Source of the DNA: a virus
Taxonomy: Duplodnaviria > Caudoviricetes
Reading direction: 5' to 3' (one strand)
DNA length: 56,571 nt
IMG/VR virus record: IMGVR_UViG_3300042914_004203
Span: 1-56,571 of that record
The stretch's first letter is position 1, and every line of letters starts with the position of its first letter. The translations under genes were made by a program, and so were the position numbers. This document shows, piece after piece, positions 9,187 to 19,937 of the stretch. Below the pieces are notes generated by a model. The model saw only the letters and a list, made by a program, of their open reading frames with translations, ran no database searches and had not been told where the DNA came from.

Positions 9187-11244
9187 TTATGTAAAATTTG
9201 AGGTTGCTTGGACTGGATTATATCTATATATAACTGTAGCACTATTTACTCCACCTGGACCAAATGCTGAATTATAAATTTCTAATTTAATATATAAATT
9301 TTGATCAACATAAGGCGTAGTATATGAATATGTTAGATCCGTAGTAGACGTAGAAGACGTTGTAACATTCGTGTATGTTATTCCATCTGTAGAATATGAT
9401 ATTCTTTTTGTATTGACTAAACTTGATACTCCCCAAACTCTTATACTAATATCTGCGTTTGTATTTTGAGTAGTTGTAGATAGTACATAATACGTAAATA
9501 AAGCTGATCCCGCGCCAATTCCACCAGCGCATCCGCATCCACATCCTTGTAACCATTGGTTTTGTTGATTTAGAGTCGTAGCTATAGTTGTATCTACTGT
9601 TGGTGCATAATTAATTGTTAGTACGCCAGAAGAGCTTCCAGCTGAATTTGTAGCGGTAATAGTATGATTTATAGTTTGATTTATGCCAATGCCACCAACA
9701 AATCCAGTAATTATTCCATTTGTTGGATTTAATACTAACCTACCAGTTAAAGCAGGATATACGCTATAAGTTAAAGCGTTTTGATTTAAATTTGGTGAAT
9801 TTTTATATTTATCAAACAAAGGTCTAACTACTACTTTATTAGAAAGCTGGAGATAATTCTCTTCATAAGCATATACAATTGATGGAATATATTTTGAATC
9901 ATCATTTTCATCTTGAGCAAATACACTTTGTGTTCCAGAGTATGAAGTGACATAAAAATCAAATGGACCAGGTTTTGCTGTCGAAGGGGTCCACTCAGAG
10001 AAAGCTGTTCTGACCCAATTATTATCTCTATTACAATAATACATGTAATTATCGTCTAAAGCAAATTGACCTTTTATACCACTAGCGTTTGGAGATGTTG
10101 GAGCATTTGTAGATCTTAAAATTAATGATCCTTCAATATTTAAATTATCAGAAATATATACTCCACTTTCAAAATTTAATAATAAAGTTTGTGGACCACG
10201 AGATGTTATATTTTTATGATTGACTTGTTGAGAAATAACCGCTGAATGCTGATCGCCTTGTTTAATACTTACTGCAGTACCACCAATGACGTAACTGTAA
10301 GGAGCGTTAATACATGCATTTGCTCCAATAATAAAACTTTTATTTGCATTATTACAAATTCTTGCAGAATCTCCACCCAAAATAAAACTTAAATTAGAAT
10401 TAATACAAGAATAATTTGATACAATCAAATGTGACCAACCCGTAGCAAGAACATCTGCTTTTTGTGAATTAGAAGCATTAATTATATTATTTGCACCACC
10501 TAAAATAGATGAATAACAGTTTCCGCTATAAATTGTGTTTGAATATCCTCCAATAATATAACTATAACATGCATTTGCTCCTTTAGTTCCACAAGCTAAA
10601 TTTAAAACGCCATATGAAAGATTTACTTCTTCTCCGCCAATAACATGTTGTGCGCCACCTAATATAATTGATTGACTAGAATTTTTAGCGATTCTATTAT
10701 TAATACCGCCAATTATTCCATTACTTACGCTACATGTAGTAATAATATTATCTGTACCACCAATAATAAATGAATTACTTGTTCCAGTTTGAATACAATT
10801 AAAAGTTCCGTTAATAACAACGTTATATCTTCCGCCAACTTCATTGTCTAATCCTCCAAGGATAACGGAGGCTTGTTGATAAGCACAATTTCTTGATCCA
10901 CCTAAAACTATATTGTAATCTCCATAAGCTCTATTGCAAGTCCCTCCTATAATTGAAGAAGCTACGCCTGATCCAGCACCAACTCCATCTCTTATTCCTA
11001 CTGGAGTATATGGATAGTTACTTCGATCTTCTCGTAAACAATTATTAATTCCACCTAAAATTATACTATTATATTGACATTCTGCATTTACAATAGGTGC
11101 AGAAGCGGTAAGCATTCTATTATTTCTACCTAAAATTACTGTTTGATTATCAAATACAGATAAACAACTCTTTTCTCTTGGTAAAAATGCTCTTAGCTGA
11201 GAGCCAAATCCAGTATAAGGTAATGTAATATTATATTCAGACAT
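9187..11244 (-). CDS. Fibre/adhesin-like protein with IIGGxxN beta-helix repeats and a C-terminal Ig-like region
   Basis: Many IIGG/ILGGxxN repeats, a GQFALDDNYMYYC..WVR module, and an Ig-like LNPTNGIITG/TITATNSAG segment. Confidence 0.65.
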   Translation of the reverse strand: MSEYNITLPYTGFGSQLRAFLPREKSCLSVFDNQTVILGRNNRMLTASAPIVNAECQYNSIILGGINNCLREDRSNYPYTPVGIRDGVGAGSGVASSIIGGTCNRAYGDYNIVLGGSRNCAYQQASVILGGLDNEVGGRYNVVINGTFNCIQTGTSNSFIIGGTDNIITTCSVSNGIIGGINNRIAKNSSQSIILGGAQHVIGGEEVNLSYGVLNLACGTKGANACYSYIIGGYSNTIYSGNCYSSILGGANNIINASNSQKADVLATGWSHLIVSNYSCINSNLSFILGGDSARICNNANKSFIIGANACINAPYSYVIGGTAVSIKQGDQHSAVISQQVNHKNITSRGPQTLLLNFESGVYISDNLNIEGSLILRSTNAPTSPNASGIKGQFALDDNYMYYCNRDNNWVRTAFSEWTPSTAKPGPFDFYVTSYSGTQSVFAQDENDDSKYIPSIVYAYEENYLQLSNKVVVRPLFDKYKNSPNLNQNALTYSVYPALTGRLVLNPTNGIITGFVGGIGINQTINHTITATNSAGSSSGVLTINYAPTVDTTIATTLNQQNQWLQGCGCGCAGGIGAGSALFTYYVLSTTTQNTNADISIRVWGVSSLVNTKRISYSTDGITYTNVTTSSTSTTDLTYSYTTPYVDQNLYIKLEIYNSAFGPGGVNSATVIYRYNPVQATSNFT

Positions 11245-11245
11245 A

Positions 11246-11524
11246 TTATACCAATCCTTCTATTTGATAAAGAGGTATGGCTCTCCATAAACCCTCTGAC
11301 CCATTTCCACTTACGCATAAATAAAAATTTGTATTGTCCCAACTTAATTGTCCACTATAACCAGGAAAAGAAGAAGCATTTGGTATAGAATTAGCGCCAA
11401 TTCTAATACCTTTATTTAAATTTGGTATAGAATCATTTCCAGATATCCTTACGTATCTAGCGTCTAATTGCCCAGAATTAGTAAGCTGTGAAGTAAATAT
11501 TTGTAATCCATTAAATGTGCGCAT
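11246..11524 (-). CDS. Small fibre-associated protein (paralogue of 12667-12948)
   Basis: MRTFNGLQIFT N-terminus and a GQLSWDNTNFYLC..W module. Confidence 0.7.
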   Translation of the reverse strand: MRTFNGLQIFTSQLTNSGQLDARYVRISGNDSIPNLNKGIRIGANSIPNASSFPGYSGQLSWDNTNFYLCVSGNGSEGLWRAIPLYQIEGLV

Positions 11525-11567
11525 TTAATAATATTACACAAAATATATAAAAAATATTAAATATAAA

Positions 11568-12662
11568 TTACCATTCAGCAAGAGCTGTTCTTCGCCATCT
11601 TATACCATCATGAGAATAAATATAATTAGAATCTGTAGTAATTTGACCAGATACTCCAAATGATGCAGAAGAAGATGGTATATATGAATTTTCTAATATT
11701 ATTTTATTTTTAATAAAAGTGCCACTAGCAAAGTCAAGAGTCAATGTATTTGATCCAGCAGAAGTGTGATCTCTATCTTGACTATCGCTTAAAAGCACGG
11801 CTCCACTATGATCTACTTGTATCGTAGATCTTGTTCCAGCTAAGATTGATCCATAATTTGAAAAGATTTTATTTTGCGTCCCATTTAATATAACTCCAAA
11901 TGAACCAGTTACAAAATTATTTCTACCATTTATGATCGTAGAGTGCGTGCCAGATAAATAACTACAAAAACCATTTATAATTGAATTAAAACAGGTATTT
12001 GCGCCCCAAATATGATTCCTCTGACCATTTAAAATGGTAGAAGCTCTTGCTCTATTATCAATCACAGACCCTCTAGATGTACCAATTAAATTATTTCCAC
12101 CTTCACTTATTCCGCCTATTCCTATTCCTTGGACAGTTCCAGATGCTATCACATTTACTTGACCACCAAGAATTGCAGAGTAAAAAGTTCTACCTATTAT
12201 CGAATTACATTGTCCACCGACAATTATTGATTGATTAGCTGATGGATCACTAGGGCTAGTATTGCATATCAAATTATCATATCCTCCTAGGACAGCGCCG
12301 CCAAGAACTCCGCTTATTCTATTTCTACATCCGCCACCTATTGTCGAATAGGTAGATGCTGTTCCTCCATATACATTATTAAAAATTCCTCCACCAATAA
12401 ATGATCCTTGAGAATAAATATTATTAAATATGCCTCCACCGATCACATTCCAATTTCCAGAAGCACAATGATTATATCCCCCAAGTATAACTGTGGAAGT
12501 AGGAAGACCAAATGTTTGCGAATCTATAATGCAAGAATCTAAACCAAAATTAGCTGTGCCTTGGCCTCCAACTTGAAAATCTACCTCCGAAGCAGGTATT
12601 TCAGATTTTCTTCCGTCCTCGTCAATTCTTATAAGATATAATTGATTTAAAATATTTGACAT
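11568..12662 (-). CDS. Fibre/adhesin-like protein with IGGGxxN repeats
   Basis: Same repeat type and GQITTDSNYIY..WRRTA module as 9187-11244. Confidence 0.65.
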   Translation of the reverse strand: MSNILNQLYLIRIDEDGRKSEIPASEVDFQVGGQGTANFGLDSCIIDSQTFGLPTSTVILGGYNHCASGNWNVIGGGIFNNIYSQGSFIGGGIFNNVYGGTASTYSTIGGGCRNRISGVLGGAVLGGYDNLICNTSPSDPSANQSIIVGGQCNSIIGRTFYSAILGGQVNVIASGTVQGIGIGGISEGGNNLIGTSRGSVIDNRARASTILNGQRNHIWGANTCFNSIINGFCSYLSGTHSTIINGRNNFVTGSFGVILNGTQNKIFSNYGSILAGTRSTIQVDHSGAVLLSDSQDRDHTSAGSNTLTLDFASGTFIKNKIILENSYIPSSSASFGVSGQITTDSNYIYSHDGIRWRRTALAEW

Positions 12663-12666
12663 ATAA

Positions 12667-12948
12667 TTATGTTACTTTTGTCCAATTTACATATACAGGA
12701 ATTGCATACCAATTTCCTTCTGATCCATTTCCACTTGAGCAGATATACATAAATTGATTGTCCCATGCTATCTGACCACTATAACCTGGAGAGTATACGC
12801 CTGTGGGCGCTGATCCTGGGCCAAGGCGAATTCCACCGTTTAGATTTATCTCAGAATCATTCCCTGTTATTCTAACATATCTTAAATCTAATTGACCAGA
12901 ATTAGTAAGTTGTTCGGTAAATATCTGTAGGCCATTAAACGTGCGCAT
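12667..12948 (-). CDS. Small fibre-associated protein (paralogue of 11246-11524)
   Basis: Near-identical N-terminus MRTFNGLQIFTEQLTNSGQLD. Confidence 0.7.
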   Translation of the reverse strand: MRTFNGLQIFTEQLTNSGQLDLRYVRITGNDSEINLNGGIRLGPGSAPTGVYSPGYSGQIAWDNQFMYICSSGNGSEGNWYAIPVYVNWTKVT

Positions 12949-12970
12949 ATAAAGATTTACACTTTATATA

Positions 12971-14893
12971 TTAATTCTTACTATGATATAATAGACTTGC
13001 TAAATAATTTGTGACTTGATGCTCTGAAGCTATTTCTTGAATTTGATTTATTTGATCTTGATTTTTATCAAAAGGCTTTTCAATATACTCTTCTATCTTA
13101 GACTTCCAATTTTCTGGAGATTCGTTAGCGATAATAATCTCTGATATCTTTTCTGCATCTTCTTTCTGCTGGTTGCTTAGTTTCTTAACATTAAATTTCT
13201 TTCTTACGGCAGATTTAACCTCTTCTTCAAGATCTTGACTTGCAAGAATGTTTTCTTTAATTTTAGTTACTGAGAAATTAGAGCTTGCGCCAATTGGTGC
13301 TATGTTTTTAGTAGATTGTGGTATACCAGTAGAACCACTTGGTCTACCAGCTTGACCTGCTCCACCACCAATAATTGGTTGATAAAGGCCTTGATCTTTA
13401 AGTTGTTTAAATTTAATTTGAGAGTCAACTGATTCTTGAACTGTTGGAAGTCTACCACTATCAATAGCTTGTAAACCTTCTTCTGGAGTAAGAACTCCAA
13501 GTTCAATAAGTCGGTTAAATATACGTGAGTATTGAACATCATCTTTAAGATTCATCTCTTCGAAGGATGGAGTTGGGAAATTTTTAAATCCAAGATCTTT
13601 ACTCATTCTACGTATTTCTGGGATTAAGAATTCATTCAAAAAAACTTCACGAGCTTGTTTTAATCTCTCGACAAATACTTGAACTTTAATACTTTGATTA
13701 GCGAACTTTTCACTACCAATAAGCACATTATTGAGTCCAATTTGAATATCTCTATCAACAACTTCATATTTTTGTGGACCGATTAAATTACCAATATCTG
13801 GAATGACAAATTGTGCTTTTGTTGTATAATCAGCTATGAGAACTCTACCTACGCTTTGATTTTCAAAAAGAGCTTGCATCGCTTGTAAGTTCTTTTGATT
13901 AACCCCACCTTTATCTGGATCTGTTCCCATTGTAACAAGAAGAACTGCTTGCTGCATTGTTCTTGTAACTGCCATATCCATTTTTTTCATTTCTAGTTTC
14001 CAATTTATATCGTCTAATACTGGAAAACCCATTGGAATAGAAAGTGGTTCGTAATCTTGTTTTTTATAAAATACAGCTGCTAATCTTTTTCCATCAAGAG
14101 GAAGAAGGATATAAGAGATTCCTTTATTTCTAACTTGTTCCTTAATCTCTGGTGGTAGCGATTCGTAAACTTCTTTATCTTCTTCTGTTTTAGGATCTCT
14201 AAGTCTTTCTAGTTCGTAATCACTAAGAAGTTTATAATACATATTAAATGAATAATTTACTGTGCCACCAACATAAACATCTGCTGGATTAATAATTGTA
14301 TATCTGGCTGGCAATTTAACACTACCATCTTGAGCAATTGATTTTAGCTTTGATCCAAATGTTTGGGTAACTCTAAGAAGTTGTTCTGGATTTAATGATG
14401 TATCAAATCTATATGTAAAAACATTTCCGCTACGATAGTATTCACGGAAGAATTGATCTTGAAAACTTGCAAGATTAATCTTCTTAAAGTATGCTTCAAA
14501 AAATTCTCTAGCTTTTTGACTGCCACCACTTAAATATATTGGGCTGCTAGAAAATTCAGTCATTAAATCAATTGTATTTCTGAAAATAGCAACATTATAA
14601 TATGCTTTTTGACATAGGATGATGGCATCTCTAACATCTAGAGTTGAAAGATTTTTTACATAAGTTGAATACCTAAAAGGAATTAATCCTGTATCAATAT
14701 TAGTAAATCTATTAGTTCTTTCTATCGTAGAAGCTGCATTTCTACGAACTCCTGTAGCCGCAGCTCTTGCTTCTGACATTTTAATCTTTGGTTTATTAAC
14801 ATCGCTACCATATACCATTAATGGTGTAGCTTCAGATATTGGAACTGCAAAAGAGGCTTTGACTTCTTCTATTTTCTTGGGTTTTTTGCTCAT
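12971..14893 (-). CDS. Portal protein
   Basis: 640 aa directly downstream of the terminase; IFRNTIDLMTEF and YYRSGNVF segments typical of large-phage portals. Confidence 0.7.
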   Translation of the reverse strand: MSKKPKKIEEVKASFAVPISEATPLMVYGSDVNKPKIKMSEARAAATGVRRNAASTIERTNRFTNIDTGLIPFRYSTYVKNLSTLDVRDAIILCQKAYYNVAIFRNTIDLMTEFSSSPIYLSGGSQKAREFFEAYFKKINLASFQDQFFREYYRSGNVFTYRFDTSLNPEQLLRVTQTFGSKLKSIAQDGSVKLPARYTIINPADVYVGGTVNYSFNMYYKLLSDYELERLRDPKTEEDKEVYESLPPEIKEQVRNKGISYILLPLDGKRLAAVFYKKQDYEPLSIPMGFPVLDDINWKLEMKKMDMAVTRTMQQAVLLVTMGTDPDKGGVNQKNLQAMQALFENQSVGRVLIADYTTKAQFVIPDIGNLIGPQKYEVVDRDIQIGLNNVLIGSEKFANQSIKVQVFVERLKQAREVFLNEFLIPEIRRMSKDLGFKNFPTPSFEEMNLKDDVQYSRIFNRLIELGVLTPEEGLQAIDSGRLPTVQESVDSQIKFKQLKDQGLYQPIIGGGAGQAGRPSGSTGIPQSTKNIAPIGASSNFSVTKIKENILASQDLEEEVKSAVRKKFNVKKLSNQQKEDAEKISEIIIANESPENWKSKIEEYIEKPFDKNQDQINQIQEIASEHQVTNYLASLLYHSKN

Positions 14894-14911
14894 TTAACGT
14901 AAATATTACAC

Positions 14912-16756
14912 TTATTTTATCATTATTGGCGTAAAAGTGTTCGATATCTCCTCTTTTGGTGCGTTTATTATATCATTATAACACTTGAGACCCCAATTTG
15001 CTAATAAAAGTGCAGAATAATTATCTTTTCTAGCTTTATTTGCTGATGAGCTTCTTTTTAGATGTTGAGGTAAATCAAAAGACTGAGTACCTCTAGCTGT
15101 AGAGGAATGCTCTATAAGAGTGCATTGTTTTTTCGTCTGATAGATAAAATCATCTTGATTCTCTATAAAATCTAAAGTTGACCAATCTTTCTTTTCTTCT
15201 GTTTTCATGAGATCTATGGGTATGTTTTGATTAAATTGACTTTCAAAAAAGCTATCATTTCCACATGTCTTACTAGCAAACCATATCTTTTTATAATCAA
15301 TAGATGCCTGCAGATGCTCGTTAGACTTTCTTATGAAACTACTAGTAAATACCTGATTAAAAGCAATTTTCTTTGCTTCTAGATTATAAGAATTTCTAGC
15401 CCTTCTTATCTCTTGATCATAATCCAAACCTTCTAGATCAGAATTAAATTCAAAAGAATTTATTTTAAAATTATTATTTTTAAATAATTCGGATTCATTA
15501 CAAGCAGAAAGAAATATATCAGCACCAGCATTATCCAATATCATAAATACAATATTAAAATTAGTCATTACATAATATAAATATTGTACATGATTTTTCA
15601 GATTACCTAAACCAGCATAGGTATGGACTAATGTTCCACTTTTTGTTTCTTCATCAACTTCAATTATAGCCATTGCAAAATAATCCGCGTTTGGACTATC
15701 ACTCATATTAGGATCGATCCCTAAAATATACTTTTTATTAGATAAACCCTTCATAAGGGTGTGAGGGGCTTGCCCATTAGGTATTGTACATTCTTCCATT
15801 TTCTTAGCGCTAAAATAACTATCGCTGCCATCTATAAATCTAGCACAATATTCTCGAAGAAAGCTACTATGACTTGATCCGCCAGCTTGAGCTTCTTCAA
15901 TAATTGTTTTATCAATCATTTCTTCTGGAAGAGCCTCATAACTCAGCTGAGAAACAAAGTATGTAGCTTCATTTTCTTCTTTTGAATAGATTTTTTCTAT
16001 CCACTCATTGTAAGTTTTATAAAGATTTTCGAAAGTATAGCTCGCAGATGAAAGAGCTATCATTTTACTATTATTTGGAAATACCATTCTATCTTCTTCT
16101 CTCATCACTCCTTCTTTGATAAGATTATCTTCAATCTCTCTTATTTCCATGCGCTCTTTCATGTTTTGAGGAGCAACCAAGAATGGCATTAGAACTGTTT
16201 TAACTATATCTTCTGATAGCAAGAGGAACTCATCAAGCACAAGTACATTTGCGCGAAAACCTCGAATTTTTTCGCCGCTTAATGGAATTGCAACGATACT
16301 TCCTCCATTTATTTGCCATTCATATTGATCATTTCTTTTGCTTTTCGCACCAAAAGCTTGTTTTAACAGTTCTCCACCTTTGCTATCTACAATTTTTTCT
16401 AAATTATTAAATATAAATCTAGCTGTTCTAAACGTAGGGCCAGCAATTAAAATCTTAGTATTTGGTTCAAATATGCATTGAAGAAAGCAAAATACTGAAG
16501 CCATAAATGACTTACCGCATCCTCTACCAAAGACACACATATTAAAATTTCTATTAAGTAAACCTTTTAAATGTATTTCTTGGTACGGAGCTAACTTAAT
16601 ACCACTAATTAATTCAGTAGTAAATCCTAAATTAGCTCTTAAAAACTTGGCTAGTGTAATTTTCGCCTCTTTATCATTAAGTATTCCTTTCAATTGAGAA
16701 AGCTCAAAGTTAACATCTGGATAATTCTTTTTATATTTATCTGGGCAATATATCAT
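14912..16756 (-). CDS. terL: Terminase large subunit
   Basis: LAPYQ Q-motif, Walker A GRGCGKS, IRGFRAN, Walker B VLVLDE, RNase H-like ILGIDP and a C-terminal KD. Confidence 0.9.
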   Translation of the reverse strand: MIYCPDKYKKNYPDVNFELSQLKGILNDKEAKITLAKFLRANLGFTTELISGIKLAPYQEIHLKGLLNRNFNMCVFGRGCGKSFMASVFCFLQCIFEPNTKILIAGPTFRTARFIFNNLEKIVDSKGGELLKQAFGAKSKRNDQYEWQINGGSIVAIPLSGEKIRGFRANVLVLDEFLLLSEDIVKTVLMPFLVAPQNMKERMEIREIEDNLIKEGVMREEDRMVFPNNSKMIALSSASYTFENLYKTYNEWIEKIYSKEENEATYFVSQLSYEALPEEMIDKTIIEEAQAGGSSHSSFLREYCARFIDGSDSYFSAKKMEECTIPNGQAPHTLMKGLSNKKYILGIDPNMSDSPNADYFAMAIIEVDEETKSGTLVHTYAGLGNLKNHVQYLYYVMTNFNIVFMILDNAGADIFLSACNESELFKNNNFKINSFEFNSDLEGLDYDQEIRRARNSYNLEAKKIAFNQVFTSSFIRKSNEHLQASIDYKKIWFASKTCGNDSFFESQFNQNIPIDLMKTEEKKDWSTLDFIENQDDFIYQTKKQCTLIEHSSTARGTQSFDLPQHLKRSSSANKARKDNYSALLLANWGLKCYNDIINAPKEEISNTFTPIMIK

Positions 16757-17688
16757 AAAATTTTCATATCATAAGCTAGTTGAAGATCTATTTTCTTATA
16801 AAAGCATCTACTAGCAAAGATTGCCTCAATTATCCTGGTCATTTCTTTTCTGCCATCAACAAAAAGAAATTGAAGATTATTATAGTTTTGTAAAAGCTCT
16901 CTTACATTGTGAAATATATATTCTGGCGTGGCCTTGATTTTTCTGCTTATATGAGGAAGGTACTGAAAGCTTAAAGCGTTAGCTAAAGTTTCTTCTACCA
17001 TGACTATAATATAAGAATTATTCTTAAGAGCTTTTTCTATCTCATTCTTAAAACGATCATAGTTCTTAACGCTAAGGGTACTAATAAAATCGCTTAGGCT
17101 TTTTCTTTCGATGAAACATCCGCAATTATCGTTTGAACAAGCATAATCACCAAAATTTAATGTTTTAATCTCAAATGGAATATCAAATTTTAGCCAGCTT
17201 TGTTCTCTTGTATCTACAAAAATCATATCTTTTTGTGTTAATTTATTTTTAAAATTATCTCCTATTAATTTTGGATGGATATATTTATTTTCTAACCCAA
17301 TTAATGAGCAAACATCATAATAATCCTTAAATATCTTATTATAAAATATAATAGATGGAGCCATTATAGTCCTCAATTCTACCTGAGTTGGAGAATAGAT
17401 TAATTGTTTAGTCTTTTTTCTTTTAATTAATAGATCTTTGCAATATTCTTGAGCTTTTTCTATTGGTTGTTGTTTTAGCCATTTCTTCATGTTATTTTTA
17501 TCATTAAAATCACTATTAAAATATTGTTCTTTTGTTTTAAAATTAATCAATTCATGTGTTAGGAGATCTCTACGCTCATAGTAAGTTTGATAATACTTTA
17601 CTTTATTAAGACCATATCCCTTTAATGCGAAATGAAGACTTTTTTCGTCTTTAAATTCTTTGCCATCGATTTTACATATAACGCTCAT
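16753..17688 (-). CDS. ERCC4/XPF-family nuclease domain protein
   Basis: VDTREQ, GDY and IERKSLSDF motifs; N-terminal CKIDG...H zinc-finger-like segment. Confidence 0.8.
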   Translation of the reverse strand: MSVICKIDGKEFKDEKSLHFALKGYGLNKVKYYQTYYERRDLLTHELINFKTKEQYFNSDFNDKNNMKKWLKQQPIEKAQEYCKDLLIKRKKTKQLIYSPTQVELRTIMAPSIIFYNKIFKDYYDVCSLIGLENKYIHPKLIGDNFKNKLTQKDMIFVDTREQSWLKFDIPFEIKTLNFGDYACSNDNCGCFIERKSLSDFISTLSVKNYDRFKNEIEKALKNNSYIIVMVEETLANALSFQYLPHISRKIKATPEYIFHNVRELLQNYNNLQFLFVDGRKEMTRIIEAIFASRCFYKKIDLQLAYDMKIL

Positions 17689-18779
17689 CCATTTAAAATA
17701 TCTTCTTCCGATATCCCTAAAATTTTTGATTTTAATTCGTCCATAGTACCAAGTCTTTCTATTTCTTTTTTGAGAACAGATTTTCTTAGTTCTGCCATCT
17801 TTATCAATTTTTGCCTAGATTCTTCCTGCTTCCACATTTCAACTAGATTTAATATACTAGCATTTTCTTTTACTTGTTTACTTAATCTTTCGCTTCTCTT
17901 TACTTTCAAATCATTAAGAAGTCTTTGTTGACGATTTACGCAATCATTATATTCTTTTCTCGCGGTATTGCTTGCTTCTACTAAAGCCATTGGAATTTTA
18001 CCATCTTCTTGAATAGCTAAATCAATTTGATTTTGTAAAACATTGATTGTCTGTTGGATATTTGATGATATTACGACTTCTGTAGACAGAACAATATATT
18101 GATCAACTTCTTCTTGAGTAAGATCGCTTTTATCGTGAGTATATCTTACAAAACTACTTTCAAAAAGCTCTCGGTCTCTTTCATCGTCATAAAGATTAAT
18201 TTGATGCCCAAATCTAAAGGTATTCATATAACCAATTAATGAATTAATCTCTTTCTTCTGTTTAGGAGTAATCTTTTCTTTATCTACGCCATCAAGAATA
18301 TATCTATTAATTTTAGCTATCATTCTTTCTTCGCTCTTTGGCGCGCGATATTCTTCAGATGAAGCATTTTGGTTAGTCGTATCAGAATATTTAACATTTG
18401 ATGGAACATTTTTCATGTATTCTAATACGCTTCTTGTTTCTTGCGATAAGTTTGTTAAAGATTCATTCTTAAATAAAATCTTGGATATTTCTAGCCCAGT
18501 CATTGTAGAGCAATTATTACTTATGTATTCTTTTTGTTCGTCATTAAGTTCTATTAATCCTTTAGCCTGATATTCGTGACTTTTCCTTGGCTTTATTTGT
18601 CTAGAAGCAAGAAAATTCTTGACCGCCTTACCTTCTTTGCTCCTTCCATCGAGATCATCTCTACCAAAAGCTAATTTAACAAGCTCAACTAAGGAAGGAG
18701 GATTATCTGGCCTATTATTCCATTCTTCTAATAGTTTTAATTGTTGTTCTTGAGTTAGTTCTGGTAAATTTTCACTCAT
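17685..18779 (-). CDS. Hypothetical coiled-coil protein, terminase small subunit candidate
   Basis: HTH-like N-terminal segments and a coiled-coil C-terminus; in an overlapping-gene operon two genes upstream of terL. Confidence 0.4.
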   Translation of the reverse strand: MSENLPELTQEQQLKLLEEWNNRPDNPPSLVELVKLAFGRDDLDGRSKEGKAVKNFLASRQIKPRKSHEYQAKGLIELNDEQKEYISNNCSTMTGLEISKILFKNESLTNLSQETRSVLEYMKNVPSNVKYSDTTNQNASSEEYRAPKSEERMIAKINRYILDGVDKEKITPKQKKEINSLIGYMNTFRFGHQINLYDDERDRELFESSFVRYTHDKSDLTQEEVDQYIVLSTEVVISSNIQQTINVLQNQIDLAIQEDGKIPMALVEASNTARKEYNDCVNRQQRLLNDLKVKRSERLSKQVKENASILNLVEMWKQEESRQKLIKMAELRKSVLKKEIERLGTMDELKSKILGISEEDILNG

Positions 18780-18780
18780 A

Positions 18781-19464
18781 TTAATAGATGTCTATATCTC
18801 CATTGTATAAATGTTTTTTAACTTTAATCATTATTGCTTTCTTTAAATTTTTAACTTGTTTATATCCTATTTTACGATTTTTTTCGCTAGTTTTATATCC
18901 CATTAATTTGGCTGATTCTTCTTCTGATTTATGCTCTATATAATGAAGATAATAGAATTTCCATTCTATTGGTTTAAGAATTTGATACATCTTTTTATGT
19001 ATATTTTCTGCAGCTTTGTCAATATCTATCTCATCTTCAATAATATTATGAACCTCTTGAGTATGATTCTCTAATGTAACTGGCAATTTTATATCATGCG
19101 CTGACTTTTTGCTTTTTTCCCATTTAGCATATAATGGACATTTATTGCATTGGCTTTTATATATAGTACAGCCATCATCATTCTCTGCTGCTGCGCATTT
19201 TAGACATGGTCTGGAATAATTTCCATAATTATTTCTAATAAGGTTTTTAATTTGATTGCTTACTATTCTATTGATCCACGGCGCTAAAGGTTTTTCGGGA
19301 TCATACATTTTCCATTTTTTATATATATGTATTCTTAATATCTGCGCTACATCATTAAAATCCATCCAAGCTAGAGTTGTTAAACTCCACTTATGTTTTC
19401 TCTTATTAATTTCTTGATTAATCTCTAAGATTTTACTCTCAAAAGTTATTCTTCGAGATCTCAT
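18781..19464 (-). CDS. Phage sigma70-family RNA polymerase sigma factor with a Cys-rich insert
   Basis: Region-2-like DFNDVAQ...YDPEKPLAPWINRIVSNQIKNLIR; region-4-like SEEESAKLMGY; CLKC..C..CNKC between them. Confidence 0.7.
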   Translation of the reverse strand: MRSRRITFESKILEINQEINKRKHKWSLTTLAWMDFNDVAQILRIHIYKKWKMYDPEKPLAPWINRIVSNQIKNLIRNNYGNYSRPCLKCAAAENDDGCTIYKSQCNKCPLYAKWEKSKKSAHDIKLPVTLENHTQEVHNIIEDEIDIDKAAENIHKKMYQILKPIEWKFYYLHYIEHKSEEESAKLMGYKTSEKNRKIGYKQVKNLKKAIMIKVKKHLYNGDIDIY

Positions 19465-19892
19465 TATCTCTTACTTTTTCTTAAAGAACCTGCCTCTTTT
19501 GCAAAATCTTCTAAAATTTGTTTTTTTGAAGTTTTTTTGCCTTTTGTTTTTGTTTTATTCCTTTTTACATTTTCTCCTGTTCCCATTAAATCTTTAAGTT
19601 TAACCCCTCTATTTGAATTTTCTGCAGCTGTCTCAACTTGAATCTTAGATATTTGGGGAACATTTCTAATTGTCTTTTCGTTATCATCGTAAGACTCTTG
19701 ATCATCTTCAATATCTACTTCTGGAGCATATGTCTTTTTCGCAATTGTTGGTTTTTGTAGCTGAACTTTTTGAACAACTGGTTGAGAAACTTGGTTATTC
19801 TTTTCAAAAGGATTACCACAATTAGTACAAAATATTGGTTTTTTTAAACTATATTCTGTAGGTGCGCCACAATCTAAACAATATCTTTTCAT
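19464..19892 (-). CDS. Zinc-ribbon protein
   Basis: N-terminal CLDCG...CTNCG. Confidence 0.7.
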   Translation of the reverse strand: MKRYCLDCGAPTEYSLKKPIFCTNCGNPFEKNNQVSQPVVQKVQLQKPTIAKKTYAPEVDIEDDQESYDDNEKTIRNVPQISKIQVETAAENSNRGVKLKDLMGTGENVKRNKTKTKGKKTSKKQILEDFAKEAGSLRKSKR

Positions 19893-19937
19893 TTAATATT
19901 ATTATATACTAAATGAATAATTTAATCTAATTTTAAA

